64,000 nucleotides of DNA from Carpediemonas membranifera BICM (lineage: Eukaryota; Protista; Fornicata), in the NCBI GenBank assembly GCA_019828565.1, contig JAHDYR010000007.1:382373-446372 (forward strand), written 5' to 3'. The position numbers and the translations under genes are program-made. The notes under the pieces are model-generated. The model worked only from the letters and a program-made list of their open reading frames with translations. It did not search any database and was not told the origin of the DNA. Positions 19,576 to 30,383 of this stretch are shown here, piece after piece; within the stretch, counting starts at the first letter, position 1, and every line of letters starts with the position of its first letter.

Positions 19576-22089
19576 ATGAGCGCAGTTCCTGAGCGTCCAA
19601 TCTCACTGCTAGACAGTGTTATGTATACATTCACCGATAGGATCTGCGCCAACGATTACGACCGCCAAATTGCGGCGTTAACGCGGTACTTAGGCACATT
19701 CGATCCGCAGATTGGCTGCTTGCACATACGCGAACTTGATGGCTTGTGTAACATCATCGGCTGTGTTTGCAAGCAGATCGAACGCATCAAAACAGACAAT
19801 GATGCCCCAGCGAGCATCAGCGACGCTTTCGAGAGCTTTGTGAAGGATCTCTTCGGCATAGCCACCCGGCCATACCAGAAGGCGGCCAGCACGGACGGCA
19901 TCATCTACTTCAAGCAGATCACCCACCTCTTCGACGCGCTGACCTCGCTCGTCTGCGCGGCCCCGACTGTGAGCAGCAACACAGTCTTCTCGAGTATGAT
20001 CACAGCGATATCCAAGTGGCCTGACGCCCAGGGGTCGCACCCCTTCGTCACACGCAGCGAGGCGATCCAGGCCCTGTGCGCCTCCCCCAACGCGGTCATT
20101 GCCCTCCTGAACAGCCTCGACTCGGTATTCGAGGGCAAGCTCACTGCCACGTTCCGCAACCACGAGGACGACGAGCAGGAGTCAGACTCCTCTGACGAGG
20201 ATGAGGACGACATGATGTTCAAGCAGCGGGGCCGGGAGCCCTTCCTGCACCCCTCGGTCACGCCCCTCACTGCTGAGGGGGAGAGCACGTGCCTGCTGGC
20301 CTTGGAGGCTCTCAACGCCATCATTGAGACTGCACCGCACGCCACGGCGATTGTGCTGGAGAGCAACGCCAACGTCGTCGTCCACTGCATCCAGATACGG
20401 GACGACACGCCCCTCGCCATCGCCGCGCACCATCTGCTCGCCCGCATGGTCGGCCTGGCCGTGGCCGAGGACGCGCGCATCGACGACTTCCTCGACGTCA
20501 ACCAACTCGTCGAGACTCTGGCCGGCATCCTCGCCTGGCTGACGGGGACGGGGTACAGGGCGCAGGACCTGTCGTTCAGGAACGCCATCATCCGCACGCT
20601 GCACACCCTGGCCCAGCTGCCCCACGTCACGCCCCTGCTCACGAGGCGGGACTCGGCTGTCGCTGCCCTCGTGCTGGGCATGCCTGGTCTGGCCCGCACC
20701 AACGCCCCCCACCTCCCGCCCAGACCCAGGTTCGCGGCAGCCCAGCTGTCGCCCGGTGTGGCGAACCACACGGGCTTTATGGGTGTGCTCCGTCTCGTCA
20801 CGGCCCTGACGGTACACGACGAGGCATTCGTCCCCGACGCCTTGGACGCCGGCATTGTCGGCCTGCTGCTCGACATCGTCTCGTTCCGCGCGGACCTGCC
20901 ATTCAAGTGGTCCCGGGTGCTGTACGGGACGGCTAGGATCGTTGCCCTCGAGTGCATCGCCCAAATCATCGCCATCCCCGCCGTGTCGGACCAGGTGCTC
21001 GCCCAGGACGGCGTCCGTGTTATCCTTGGCCTCTTCGCCAACAGCGTCAACACGCCCACTGCTACGGCGGCGCTAAACTGCGTCGTGACTTCCCCCCAGT
21101 CGCTGTGCCACGAGTTCGTGCGGGCTGGTGGCATTTCCGCGCTCACCAAGGCGGCCCAGGACCCCGAGTTGGCTGGGCCCGTCGCGTCGTCTGCCCTGGC
21201 GGCGTGTGGGATCATCTCGGGCGCCATCCCACCAGAAGACCCCGAGGCGGTGGAGGCCCGCGAGCAGCTTTGCGGTCACATACCGGCTACTGCGATCGAC
21301 GGTCTGCTCACTGCGCCGCCCGCTGAGGCCGCGGGCACCCTGCTCGCCGTGGCCGGTGCGATTGAGCCCACCTCTGGCCGAGTGGGCGCCGACCTCATCA
21401 GCGGGCCCCTGCTGACCAACATGCTGGAGGTCCTCGAGTCCGGCCAGAGCTCACTGCGGCCCCTCGTGCTTTCAGTGCTGGCTGACATGGCCGCCGACCC
21501 CACGGTAGCCGGCCACCTCGCGATGCTGCGGACCATCCGCATCCTGGCCGACCTGGCCATCAAGGAGGACGAGATCTGCAACGCGGTGGACACTGAGGGC
21601 AACACGCTGGACCCTGCCCGGCCCCTCGGCGTGAGGGAGGCTGTGGGGCCAGTCGACCCCATGCAGCCAGAGCCAGTCGACCTCAGGCTGCAGCTGCACG
21701 TGCTCCTGGACACCCTGGAGAGCAATGGGGCCGTGGCGCATGGGGTGAGCAAGCGGCAGGCGGTTGCCCTGCACAGGCTCAGGCAGTACCCCCACCTGCG
21801 GGCTATCGAGATCAGGGAGGCGAACAGGGCCGGACTTGAGGCCATCGGGGTCAGGCCGACCACACCTGACAGGGAGTTCGCGACCGCAGCGGCGGACAGG
21901 GCGGCGACTGTCGTCAGTGACCTCCGCGAGGCATGCGAGACAACGAAAGCCCAGTATGAGGCTGAGGAGCAGCGCCAGGAGACAGATTTCTACCAGGGCA
22001 TCATCGACAGCTTCGAGCAGACAGCAGAGGCGCTTCGGCACAAGGTAACTCCGACACACCGGCCTGTCGCGACAGTGGTGGCTCCCTAG
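19576..22089 (+). CDS. ARM-repeat protein, CFAP69-like
   Basis: Long helical repeats; N-terminal FTD...YDRQ and C-terminal GVRPTTPD recall CFAP69. Confidence 0.65.
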   Translation: MSAVPERPISLLDSVMYTFTDRICANDYDRQIAALTRYLGTFDPQIGCLHIRELDGLCNIIGCVCKQIERIKTDNDAPASISDAFESFVKDLFGIATRPYQKAASTDGIIYFKQITHLFDALTSLVCAAPTVSSNTVFSSMITAISKWPDAQGSHPFVTRSEAIQALCASPNAVIALLNSLDSVFEGKLTATFRNHEDDEQESDSSDEDEDDMMFKQRGREPFLHPSVTPLTAEGESTCLLALEALNAIIETAPHATAIVLESNANVVVHCIQIRDDTPLAIAAHHLLARMVGLAVAEDARIDDFLDVNQLVETLAGILAWLTGTGYRAQDLSFRNAIIRTLHTLAQLPHVTPLLTRRDSAVAALVLGMPGLARTNAPHLPPRPRFAAAQLSPGVANHTGFMGVLRLVTALTVHDEAFVPDALDAGIVGLLLDIVSFRADLPFKWSRVLYGTARIVALECIAQIIAIPAVSDQVLAQDGVRVILGLFANSVNTPTATAALNCVVTSPQSLCHEFVRAGGISALTKAAQDPELAGPVASSALAACGIISGAIPPEDPEAVEAREQLCGHIPATAIDGLLTAPPAEAAGTLLAVAGAIEPTSGRVGADLISGPLLTNMLEVLESGQSSLRPLVLSVLADMAADPTVAGHLAMLRTIRILADLAIKEDEICNAVDTEGNTLDPARPLGVREAVGPVDPMQPEPVDLRLQLHVLLDTLESNGAVAHGVSKRQAVALHRLRQYPHLRAIEIREANRAGLEAIGVRPTTPDREFATAAADRAATVVSDLREACETTKAQYEAEEQRQETDFYQGIIDSFEQTAEALRHKVTPTHRPVATVVAP

Positions 22090-22198
22090 AGATGTATTTA
22101 TGATTACTCGATAAAGATCACCGTGTGGCTGGGCTGGGGCGAGTCCCTGTACTGTGATTGACTCGCGTCGGGTCATCAATTCGGTGACACTTAGAACG

Positions 22199-24745
22199 AT
22201 GATCCAAGAATTGGAAGCAAAGCTTCAGGACATCGAAACAACATGGTTCCTACTTTCTGATGAGGAATTGAAGACTATTAAGGCGGCCACGCAGTCAGAT
22301 GACAAGCAGCTCGCCGAGATCGCTGCTCATGTCCTCTCAATCGTCGCCTACTTCAACAGCAACATCGATGAGGCAGTCGAATACGCTGTTATTGCCTTCT
22401 CACGCCTCTTCGCCGTCCATGGCGGCATCGAGCACGGCATCCTCAGTGCAGTGATCACCAAGTACCTCGCTACCCGCGACGCCGCCCTGCAGCCCGTGTT
22501 CGACCGCATGTTCGCCGACTCCATCGTCCACGAGTCTCAGTGGTTCAGCAGCCTCGGCATGGCGATCGAAGTCGGCCGCGTCGACCTGATCACCACCGTC
22601 CTCGACCGGATGCAGCCCGACAGAGCCATCGCAGCCCTCAAGTTCGCCACCGAGCAGGCCCTAGCCGAGTCCGACCCCGAGCGCCGCGTTGTCCTCCTGC
22701 GCACGATCCACGGCGAGCTGTCGTCCCGGGCCCATGACACGACCGCTCGAGAGCGTCTCTCCGTCCTCATTCACCTCAGAGACCTCGAGAAGTACTGCGA
22801 GGAGCTATTGGAGTGCGCCATGACCGACTCCCCGCTCGCACTCGCCATTGCGTACGACACGACCCAGCTGGTTGAGCCCTCCGTGCTCGAGGAGATGTCT
22901 GGCGTCTTCGAGGCGCTCGCCCTCTCCTGCCCTGACATGGCGATCGGCCCGGCCATCGTGGACGTCCTCAAGCCCGAGACGACCGAGGGGCTGGTGAAGA
23001 AGCACCTCTTCGTCGACCGGGCACACGTCGACCCGAACCTCGTGCCCCGCCTCTTCTCCTCCGTCCCCAGCAAGCGCAGTCTCTTCCAGACCGGCCTTGT
23101 TGTCGCCAACGCCCTCCAGTGCGGCCGTACGGGCAACGATGGCTTCCTCCGGGAGAAGCTGGGCTGGCTGGCCAGCGTCAAGTTCAGAGCCCGGTTCGCG
23201 GCCATCGCGTCCCTCGGCGCCATCCACGCTGGCGACACGGCGCGGGGCATGGGCATCCTGAAGTCTCACCTGCCGGCCCTCGGGGAGACGTCGTTCGACC
23301 AGGACCGCGAGCACAACAGCGGCGGCGCCCTCGTCGCCCTCGGCATGGTCTACTTCCAGGCGCCCAACAACGACGTCCTTGACACCGTCATCGGCGTCAT
23401 GGACTCGTGCGGCGGCAACACCACCGTCCTGCAGGGCGCGGTGACCGGGCTCGGCCTGATGATGATGGGGACGGCCGACACGACCCTCGTCGAGCGCATC
23501 AAGGACTACCTCAACCTCGGCGACGCGCTGCTCGGTGAGGCAGCGGGCATGGCTATCGGCCTGGTCATGATGGGCCACTTCGACGCCGACCTCGCACGGT
23601 GGATGGCGGACTTCATCGGCAACACCTCCCACACCCGCATCGCCCGCGCCCTGGCCCTCGCCCTCGGCCTGATGTCGTTCGACGCCCGGACCACGCCTGA
23701 GCCCGTCATCGCGGACCTGCTCGAATCCCCCCACGCCCTCGCCCGCGAGGCCGCCGCCTGGATGATTGGGCTGGCCCACGCCTGCACCGGCAACCTCGCC
23801 CAGACCCGGCGCCTGCTGCACATCACGGTGTCGGACAACAGCGACGACACCCGCCGGGCCGCCGTGACGGCCATGGCGTTCATCCTCACCCCCGACAACG
23901 TGGTCGACACGGTCTCGCCCCTCGCGCGGTCCTACAACTCACACACCAGGGCCGGGGCCGCGATGGTGCTCGGGCTGACCAAGGCGGGCACGGCGGACGA
24001 TGAGGTGCTGAAGCTGCTCGCCGTGCTCGGGGCCGACAGCGCGGACCACGTCAGACAGGCCGCACTGGTCGCCCAGAGCATGGTGCTCATGCAGGCGCCC
24101 GAATCGAAGCTGACGGCCGACAGGGGCATCAACAAGCTGCTCGACATCGCCAAGGACCGCTACGAGGAGCGCCTCACGCGGTACGGCGCCATCATCTCCT
24201 GCGGCATCATCAACGCCGGCGGATGTAACGCGTCGTTCAGCCTCCAGCGGGAGAACGGCCGCCCGTCATCCCGCGGGTTCGCGGCGGCGATGCTCTTCGC
24301 CCAGTACCCAGACAACCACATGAACGCGATGTTCCTGACGCTCGGCTACACACCCCGCATGGCCCTCCCCGTCACGGTCACCGGTGACGTGCCCGAGGGG
24401 ACTCTCAGGGTCGACCTGCCGCCCGCTGCCGTCGCATACCCCAAGTTCGTCGAGCTGGAGGTCAAGAAGAAGCTCACCAAGCGGGTCAGGGCGACGCTGT
24501 CCGTTGCTAGGAACGAGGCTGGTGAGGAGGCTAAGGAGGAGGACGCCAAGCCCGAGGAGGAGGCCGACGTCGACATGACGGGCCCAGAACCGGACGCCAA
24601 GGAGTTCAAGGACAAGCTCCCCGCCCGCATCCCCCCGCATGTTGCCGATGGGCAGTTCCACGTCGAGGTCGAGGGCTTCGAGGTCGTCCGCGGGCTGTCA
24701 AGCCACGGCTTCGTCGTCGTGAAGAAGCCCGACTTGCTCGAGTAA
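22199..24745 (+). CDS. RPN2: 26S proteasome regulatory subunit Rpn2/PSMD1
   Basis: DGFLREKLGWL, AIASLGAIH, PC repeats, LLHITVSDNSDDTRRAAV, SYNSHTRAG, DHVRQAA, GIINAGGCN. Confidence 0.92.
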   Translation: MIQELEAKLQDIETTWFLLSDEELKTIKAATQSDDKQLAEIAAHVLSIVAYFNSNIDEAVEYAVIAFSRLFAVHGGIEHGILSAVITKYLATRDAALQPVFDRMFADSIVHESQWFSSLGMAIEVGRVDLITTVLDRMQPDRAIAALKFATEQALAESDPERRVVLLRTIHGELSSRAHDTTARERLSVLIHLRDLEKYCEELLECAMTDSPLALAIAYDTTQLVEPSVLEEMSGVFEALALSCPDMAIGPAIVDVLKPETTEGLVKKHLFVDRAHVDPNLVPRLFSSVPSKRSLFQTGLVVANALQCGRTGNDGFLREKLGWLASVKFRARFAAIASLGAIHAGDTARGMGILKSHLPALGETSFDQDREHNSGGALVALGMVYFQAPNNDVLDTVIGVMDSCGGNTTVLQGAVTGLGLMMMGTADTTLVERIKDYLNLGDALLGEAAGMAIGLVMMGHFDADLARWMADFIGNTSHTRIARALALALGLMSFDARTTPEPVIADLLESPHALAREAAAWMIGLAHACTGNLAQTRRLLHITVSDNSDDTRRAAVTAMAFILTPDNVVDTVSPLARSYNSHTRAGAAMVLGLTKAGTADDEVLKLLAVLGADSADHVRQAALVAQSMVLMQAPESKLTADRGINKLLDIAKDRYEERLTRYGAIISCGIINAGGCNASFSLQRENGRPSSRGFAAAMLFAQYPDNHMNAMFLTLGYTPRMALPVTVTGDVPEGTLRVDLPPAAVAYPKFVELEVKKKLTKRVRATLSVARNEAGEEAKEEDAKPEEEADVDMTGPEPDAKEFKDKLPARIPPHVADGQFHVEVEGFEVVRGLSSHGFVVVKKPDLLE

Positions 24746-24871
24746 AGGATGGTGTTGCGTCTGTATATAGGATAGAGAGGATAGACCTCTATCAGTATCT
24801 CGATTGAGGTACTCGACGCGCGACACAGTCGTTGAGTCAGTGTCGCGTTACAGAAGCCCACTGGTTGATTA

Positions 24872-25072
24872 ATGTTCTTCACTAGCGCCATTACCGGTAT
24901 TACTGTTGCTGGTCTATCTGCAATTGGTTTCACGACCAGCGGTGTTGCCGCTGGATCCGTCGCAGCCGCTATCCACGGTTCCATCGGCATTGTTGGTGCT
25001 GGTTCCTTCTTTGCCGCTCTCCAGGCGGTCGGAGCTACCGCTAGCCTTGCTCCTCTTCTCCTTCTCCTGTAA
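24872..25072 (+). CDS. 66-aa IFI6/IFI27 (ISG12-motif)-like hydrophobic protein
   Basis: IGFTTSGVAAGSVAAAIHGSIGIVGAGSFFAALQAVGA matches the ISG12 consensus GFTxxGIxAGSxAA...GxVxAGSxFAxLQSxGA. Confidence 0.8.
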   Translation: MFFTSAITGITVAGLSAIGFTTSGVAAGSVAAAIHGSIGIVGAGSFFAALQAVGATASLAPLLLLL

Positions 25073-25654
25073 AGATATCGGAATGCCGACATGGTGATGC
25101 CGTGTTATCTGCGGATTCCTGACACCGTCCCATCATTTCGCGGATGGACAACCGGCAAAACGGCACTGACTCCTTCCCTATGCCGGTTGCGTTTCATGCT
25201 GGACTGTACCTGCGGTACCGGAGAATCACCGGGTATGTATACGCGTAAATCGGCAGTTTAATCCTCTGTCAGATATGAGGGTCAGGAGGCCTCGGCCAGC
25301 TCGAGCAGGAAGTAAAATGATGTGATCGAGCGGATATATGGGCAGAGTAGACCATGTTGACTCTTGTGGCCGATTTCCCCTTGAATTACTCAATCCAGCT
25401 TTTTTTATGCCACGAAAAAAGACACTCGGACGACTGGCTGCGTTTGTTCGGTTTTCGACTTCTGTGGCTGTATTGGTTCAAGCCTATTGCTCGCTTGAAG
25501 CTTAAAATGCGTCCTATAGCAATAACCAGCCTGATCACTGTCTGGGCGTCAAACCGTGCTTGCGGTTTCATAGCTGGTTGAGAGCTCCCTTTCTAACAAT
25601 ATCAATGCCCGATTTCTACAGTGCTAGGTAGTTAACGGATATTAGCTTTCTCTT

Positions 25655-25987
25655 TCATTGAAACCATGACCTCGGCGAGGGAGAGTTGGTGGTTGCCTCA
25701 CTGAATGCGGTGAACACGGTGAAGAAGAGGGCCACGATCGCACTGAGACATACAGGTCCTTCCACATACCATCTGATTCTCATTGTCCCGTGACAAATTT
25801 CATGACACATTTCATCTGGTGCCCACTCTGTAGATGTCCAGCTTCGTTCGCATACTTCAAGGCAGGGGCTGTGCTGATCCCGACAATCAGTCCCACCTCC
25901 GCCATGCCACATCACTTCCGCGGCAGTTACATGAACATAAACCGCAGCCAGATTCCATATCATTGCCCGCAAAATCGCCTTCACCAT
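25655..25987 (-). CDS. Possible small Cys-rich membrane protein
   Basis: Hydrophobic N-terminus, Cys-rich middle, C-terminal TM-like segment; codon usage only weakly host-like. Confidence 0.3.
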   Translation of the reverse strand: MVKAILRAMIWNLAAVYVHVTAAEVMWHGGGGTDCRDQHSPCLEVCERSWTSTEWAPDEMCHEICHGTMRIRWYVEGPVCLSAIVALFFTVFTAFSEATTNSPSPRSWFQ

Positions 25988-26154
25988 GGCTGATGCCTCA
26001 TGTCCGCTACCCTCCTGGTGCATGACAAGTGGAGCGTCAAGCTGGGACTGTTCAGCCCCCTGGAGCTTCTGCCAGTCGAGCTGTCGGCCTGAGCCAGCTG
26101 TTTACATGAGATAAAACGTAAACCATAAACGGATCACACAGAAAGAACAAGAAC

Positions 26155-26301
26155 ATGGGTCAGGGTAGTTCGAATACTTCTTCTGGTGCTGATAACTTCG
26201 TCGACAGCGGTAACGGTGTTTCATGCTGCGGCATTGACGACGGCACCAAGATCCTCGACGGCGTCGATAACAAGCTTACCATCGCCATTGGCCACTTCTA
26301 A
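26155..26301 (+). CDS. 48-aa putatively N-myristoylated microprotein (MGQGSS...IAIGHF)
   Basis: Hand-translated; MGxxxS motif; host codon usage; A-rich 5' context; ATAAA at 26317-26321. Confidence 0.65.
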   Translation: MGQGSSNTSSGADNFVDSGNGVSCCGIDDGTKILDGVDNKLTIAIGHF

Positions 26302-26700
26302 ACGGCGTGAGCAAGCATAAACGGACTAATGCTATAGTTGATGAGCTTGTAGTTGAAATGCGCAATGTCGTCAAGGCACTTGCACAAATTGATCTGTCCC
26401 CAACTGGTGGACGGAATTCGCGGGGGGCGATATCAGATGCTGACCCCAAAAGAAGCGCCAGAAGTGACCGGGGCGAGACAATGCATAGTTGCCCGGACCT
26501 TTTGGTTTCATTGTTCCGACGACATGTGGTGGAATACCACCCCGCCGCCGTGCCTGCGTCGCTCGCGGGCAGCGGCTGGCCGAGACACCAACCAGCATTT
26601 CCACCACGCCACACCACGCCACATGTGCTGATCTGATCATGATTCACTCAACTTGCATTCAGCTACGAGCATGTCATGATGGATTCGCCCAGCTGGCCCA

Positions 26701-28974
26701 ATGTCGCACGACATGGAAGACCTGCCGGCATTAAGCCCAATACCGCCAATCAAACCTCGAGAGCACCGGTTACCGAGCGTCCACTCCTTGAGCGGCAACT
26801 GGGAGCCCTGCGGCAAGGTTGTTCAGCCGCTTAAGGATCTGAGGGGCGATATGGACCCATTTCCGTCCATTGATGAGGTGGAATTCACCGATATATTCGA
26901 GCTAAGCCTCCTCCAGGACGTCCAAGACTGTCTCAGCGAAGCGCTCACGATTACCACCCAAATTGTCACACCCGGCGGCAAGCCCATCACCAGCGTCTCG
27001 AATGCCAGCGACATGTGCAAGATTCTCTGGTCCAAGCGCCAGGCGACCCCCGAGTACAACCCCGAGGAGGACTTCGGCGCCTGGCTCTTCAAGCAGTGCG
27101 CCCTATCCGGCCTGCTCGTCGCCTCGACCACCGTCCGTCTCTCGAAGCGTGTCATTGCCCGCTGGAACATAGGCCACGTCCGGTCTCCCGGCATGGGCAT
27201 GCCCGCCTCCGTCCGAGACTTTGTCGTGAGTCAAGGGCTGCAGGGTGATGAGATGGCCGAGATGTGGTCGCAGATACCACAGATGACGTCGGCTCAGTTC
27301 TCGGATAAGGTCAGCTTTGTGCGTCTCTTCGCACTTCAGATGTCAAACTTGGCGTACAAGTCCTTCCGCGCGAACCAATACGCTGTCGAGCTGAAGCAGA
27401 AGAACCGTCTCCTGAAAGAGCGGGCCGTATTCCTCGAGGCACTCTTCCAGGAGCGGGGGGAAGACCTCATTGCCGCGAACCGCCAGCTGAAAGACTCCCT
27501 CCAGACCCGCCGCCTGTTCCTCAGCCGGGTGAGCCACGACATGCGGAGTCCGCTGCTCGGCGTGGTCGGGACGGCCCAGCTGTTGAAGGAGGACTCCCGC
27601 ACGAACTTCATGTCCGACGAGGAGCGGGCGTCGAGCCTAAGCATCATGGGGTCGTCGTGCGAGATGCTGCTCGGGTTCGTCGATAATCTGCTCGATTTCA
27701 CGAAACTCGAGCTGGAAGAGGAGACGCGCACGGGGTTCATACTCGACGAGAAGGCGGTCGACCTCGGGTCGTTCGCCCGGAGCGTGGTCAGTCTCTTCCA
27801 CGGCATGGTGACCCAGAAACAGCTCCATGTGCAGGTCAGGGTGTCTGATAGAGTTCCCAAGGCGGTCGTGGTCGATCCGCTGAGGGTTGCCCAGCTTATC
27901 AGTAACTTTGCTGGAAACTCTATCAAATTCACTCCTGTTGGGGGCAGCATCGAGGTGGCGATTGATCGGTTAGAGCCAGACACTCTTCCAGCTGACCTGC
28001 CTGACACGTCATACGCCGTCGTCGCCTACAAGAGCCACGCCCGGCAGCAGACGATGACGTGTGTCCTCGGGCTATCTGACAGCTGTTACCTGCACAGCAG
28101 GACGACCATGTTTGAACGGGAGGAAATAATCAAACAGCTCCCCCGGCCTGAGCCCGGCAAGGTGCTCATCAGCGTCGTCTTTACGGACACGGGGCTGGGG
28201 GTCGAGCGGTCGCAGCTCTACACCATCTTCAGTGCATTCTCCCAGGAAAAGGTCAGCACGCTTAGGAAGTTCGGTGGGTCGGGACTGGGACTGTCTATGT
28301 GCCGGTCGGTGTGCGTCGACATGTACGGCGGCATCATCATCGCAGCCAACAGGCCCACGGGCGGCGCGTTGTTCGCAGCCTTCCTGCCCTTGCAGGTCAC
28401 AGAGGAGGCGACATTTGATCCTTTCAAATCGATGTCCGCCGTCCACCCCGTCTTCAAGCGGAGGGGCGTGACGTACCACTCGACACGACCGCACACCCAG
28501 GGCAAGCCGCCCAGGCCGCCAAAGGCCGAGAGAACGGCGAGGCCAGCGTCAGTGGACCCGAATGAGATCAGGATCCTGGTGGTTGATGATCTCGAGGTGA
28601 ACCGCATCATAGTGGGGAGACTTCTGAAGCTCGCACTGGGAAAGACGGGTCGACCCTTCAACATCTCATATGCCAGCGACGGTACTGAGTGCCTCGCCCT
28701 CACTGAGACCAACACGTACGATGTGGTCCTGCTCGATCTTCAGATGCCCGACATGAGCGGGAACGAGGTGGTTCAGCGCATCAGGGAGCGTGAGAACGCC
28801 GTGCTCGGAGCCTCTAGACACCAGGTGGTCCTCGCCCTCAGCGGCAGCGACGCGCATGTGATGGCAGCCCTGGTCTCGGACGGCGGGTTCGACGGCTTCC
28901 TGACCAAGCCGTTCAAGCAGACGGAGCTGACCGCCATTCTTAGCCGATACTGCGCTCTTCGTGACCAGCCATAG
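26701..28974 (+). CDS. Soluble hybrid histidine kinase: PocR sensor - HisKA - HATPase_c - receiver
   Basis: PocR-like N-domain (FTDIFELSLLQDVQD...SNASDMC...CALSGL...WNIGHV); H-box SHDMRSPL; N-box NFAGNSIKFT; DTGLG; GGSGLGL; receiver VVDD/LLDLQMP/LTKP. Confidence 0.9.
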   Translation: MSHDMEDLPALSPIPPIKPREHRLPSVHSLSGNWEPCGKVVQPLKDLRGDMDPFPSIDEVEFTDIFELSLLQDVQDCLSEALTITTQIVTPGGKPITSVSNASDMCKILWSKRQATPEYNPEEDFGAWLFKQCALSGLLVASTTVRLSKRVIARWNIGHVRSPGMGMPASVRDFVVSQGLQGDEMAEMWSQIPQMTSAQFSDKVSFVRLFALQMSNLAYKSFRANQYAVELKQKNRLLKERAVFLEALFQERGEDLIAANRQLKDSLQTRRLFLSRVSHDMRSPLLGVVGTAQLLKEDSRTNFMSDEERASSLSIMGSSCEMLLGFVDNLLDFTKLELEEETRTGFILDEKAVDLGSFARSVVSLFHGMVTQKQLHVQVRVSDRVPKAVVVDPLRVAQLISNFAGNSIKFTPVGGSIEVAIDRLEPDTLPADLPDTSYAVVAYKSHARQQTMTCVLGLSDSCYLHSRTTMFEREEIIKQLPRPEPGKVLISVVFTDTGLGVERSQLYTIFSAFSQEKVSTLRKFGGSGLGLSMCRSVCVDMYGGIIIAANRPTGGALFAAFLPLQVTEEATFDPFKSMSAVHPVFKRRGVTYHSTRPHTQGKPPRPPKAERTARPASVDPNEIRILVVDDLEVNRIIVGRLLKLALGKTGRPFNISYASDGTECLALTETNTYDVVLLDLQMPDMSGNEVVQRIRERENAVLGASRHQVVLALSGSDAHVMAALVSDGGFDGFLTKPFKQTELTAILSRYCALRDQP

Positions 28975-29017
28975 CCGTCTCTTGCCGCCATCCTCGCCCC
29001 TTTACTACTAAACAGTG

Positions 29018-30251
29018 TCAGTCGTTAATGGTCGCAGGGCCATCCTCAGAATCGAAATCAAGCGCCCGGACCCTCTCTATCAGCTTCTGCGCCGCGTCGA
29101 TGGCATACCGTTCATGCTCAGGCGTCCGGTCTGGCCGGTTCCGCATCCATTCGCGGTAGAACGTGGTGTAGTCCTTAAAGCGCGTGCAGTCGCTCTCCAG
29201 CATGATCCGCGTGCGGTAGTAACCCGCGTGTGCCCGCTCCCGGATGAGTCCGAGCCACACGGTGTCCTGCAGACCAGGGGGGAACTGGCCGCCATCCGGG
29301 AGCTCGCTGGGGGGACAGATCAGGTCGCGGTACATCTCCCCGTTCTCACCGGTGGTCAGCTCGTCCAGTAGGGCCGCTGACACCTGCCTAACCCGCTCCA
29401 GCCGGGCCTCGTCCATCTCGGGGACCATCTCTGGTCGAGCGGTGACGAGCCCGTCGACCACAGCCTGGCGGTGGGCCACGGCGAGCTCGCCGCTCTCCCC
29501 GCTGTGTGATATGGGTGAGACCCCCGCCCTGGATAGTATGAGGGCCCTGCAGACCTTAAGGTGCGTGCCGACGTGGAGGTAGTCTACATGATCGTAGAGG
29601 TCGCACTGCATCAGCACAGCCTCGTCGTAGTGCTTGATGCGGCCCTCGTGGCGGTCAGTGTCCATCGTCAGACGCTTAAAGAAACCCTGTTTCTGGAAAT
29701 ACCCCACGGCGAAGTTATCAGCGTACGTGAGGATGTTCTTGATAACGAACTTGGGGTCCACGCCACTCGCCTCGTCCTCTCTGGCGATGTGCTTGAGATG
29801 CTCCTTCAGCAGCGCCATCATGAGGCGCCCAACGCCCGTCGAGCGCTTTTCAGTGTGGACGGCGCAGAAGGCGATCTCAATGAAGTTTCTCTCGGGGAAG
29901 GAGCGGAAGCTGATGGCGCCAACGAGGTTCTCGACACTGCGGAGGACGTCTGGGTCTGCGCCCTTGGCAAGAAGTTCTTGCTCTTCCTCCTCAGTGCGTT
30001 TCCTGTAGATACAGAATGAATGGTGGTGGCTGTGTGAGAAAGCTGACGATTACAAACTGATCAAAGACTAATCTGGCAATATATGGCGCTGGCATCTTCG
30101 GGAGAGCAAGTTTGAAGAGTTCTTTGACGTTCAGAAGCCTGATCAGCTCTAGCGGATCGCTTTTGCCGTCATTATGTATTACATCGTAGTAGATCCCTTG
30201 ATCTACCCACTTTTGATCAAGGGGCAAGCGGTAAGTGGTATCGATGCCCAT
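29018..30251 (-). CDS. GCN5: GCN5/PCAF-like histone acetyltransferase with degenerate bromodomain
   Basis: LPKMPAPYIARLVFD, FIEIAFCAV, TYADNFAVGYFQKQGF, GRIKHYDEAVLMQC; 28-nt intron at 30030-30057. Confidence 0.88.
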
Positions 30252-30383
30252 CCGCCAAGCAAGATACCTAAAACTGCGCGCGGTAGAAACGGGGGCAACT
30301 AGATCTAGTCAGCACTCCAGAGTGAATATAAGAGAGTGACCGGCTCTAATTTCTGGAATATGTCCATTGACATATTCTGCACA

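Noticed and set aside
26701-28974. Bacterial contamination as the source of the kinase, pepD or dehydrogenase
   Set aside because: They are interleaved with intron-containing eukaryotic genes and share host codon usage, and the second PocR gene itself has an intron
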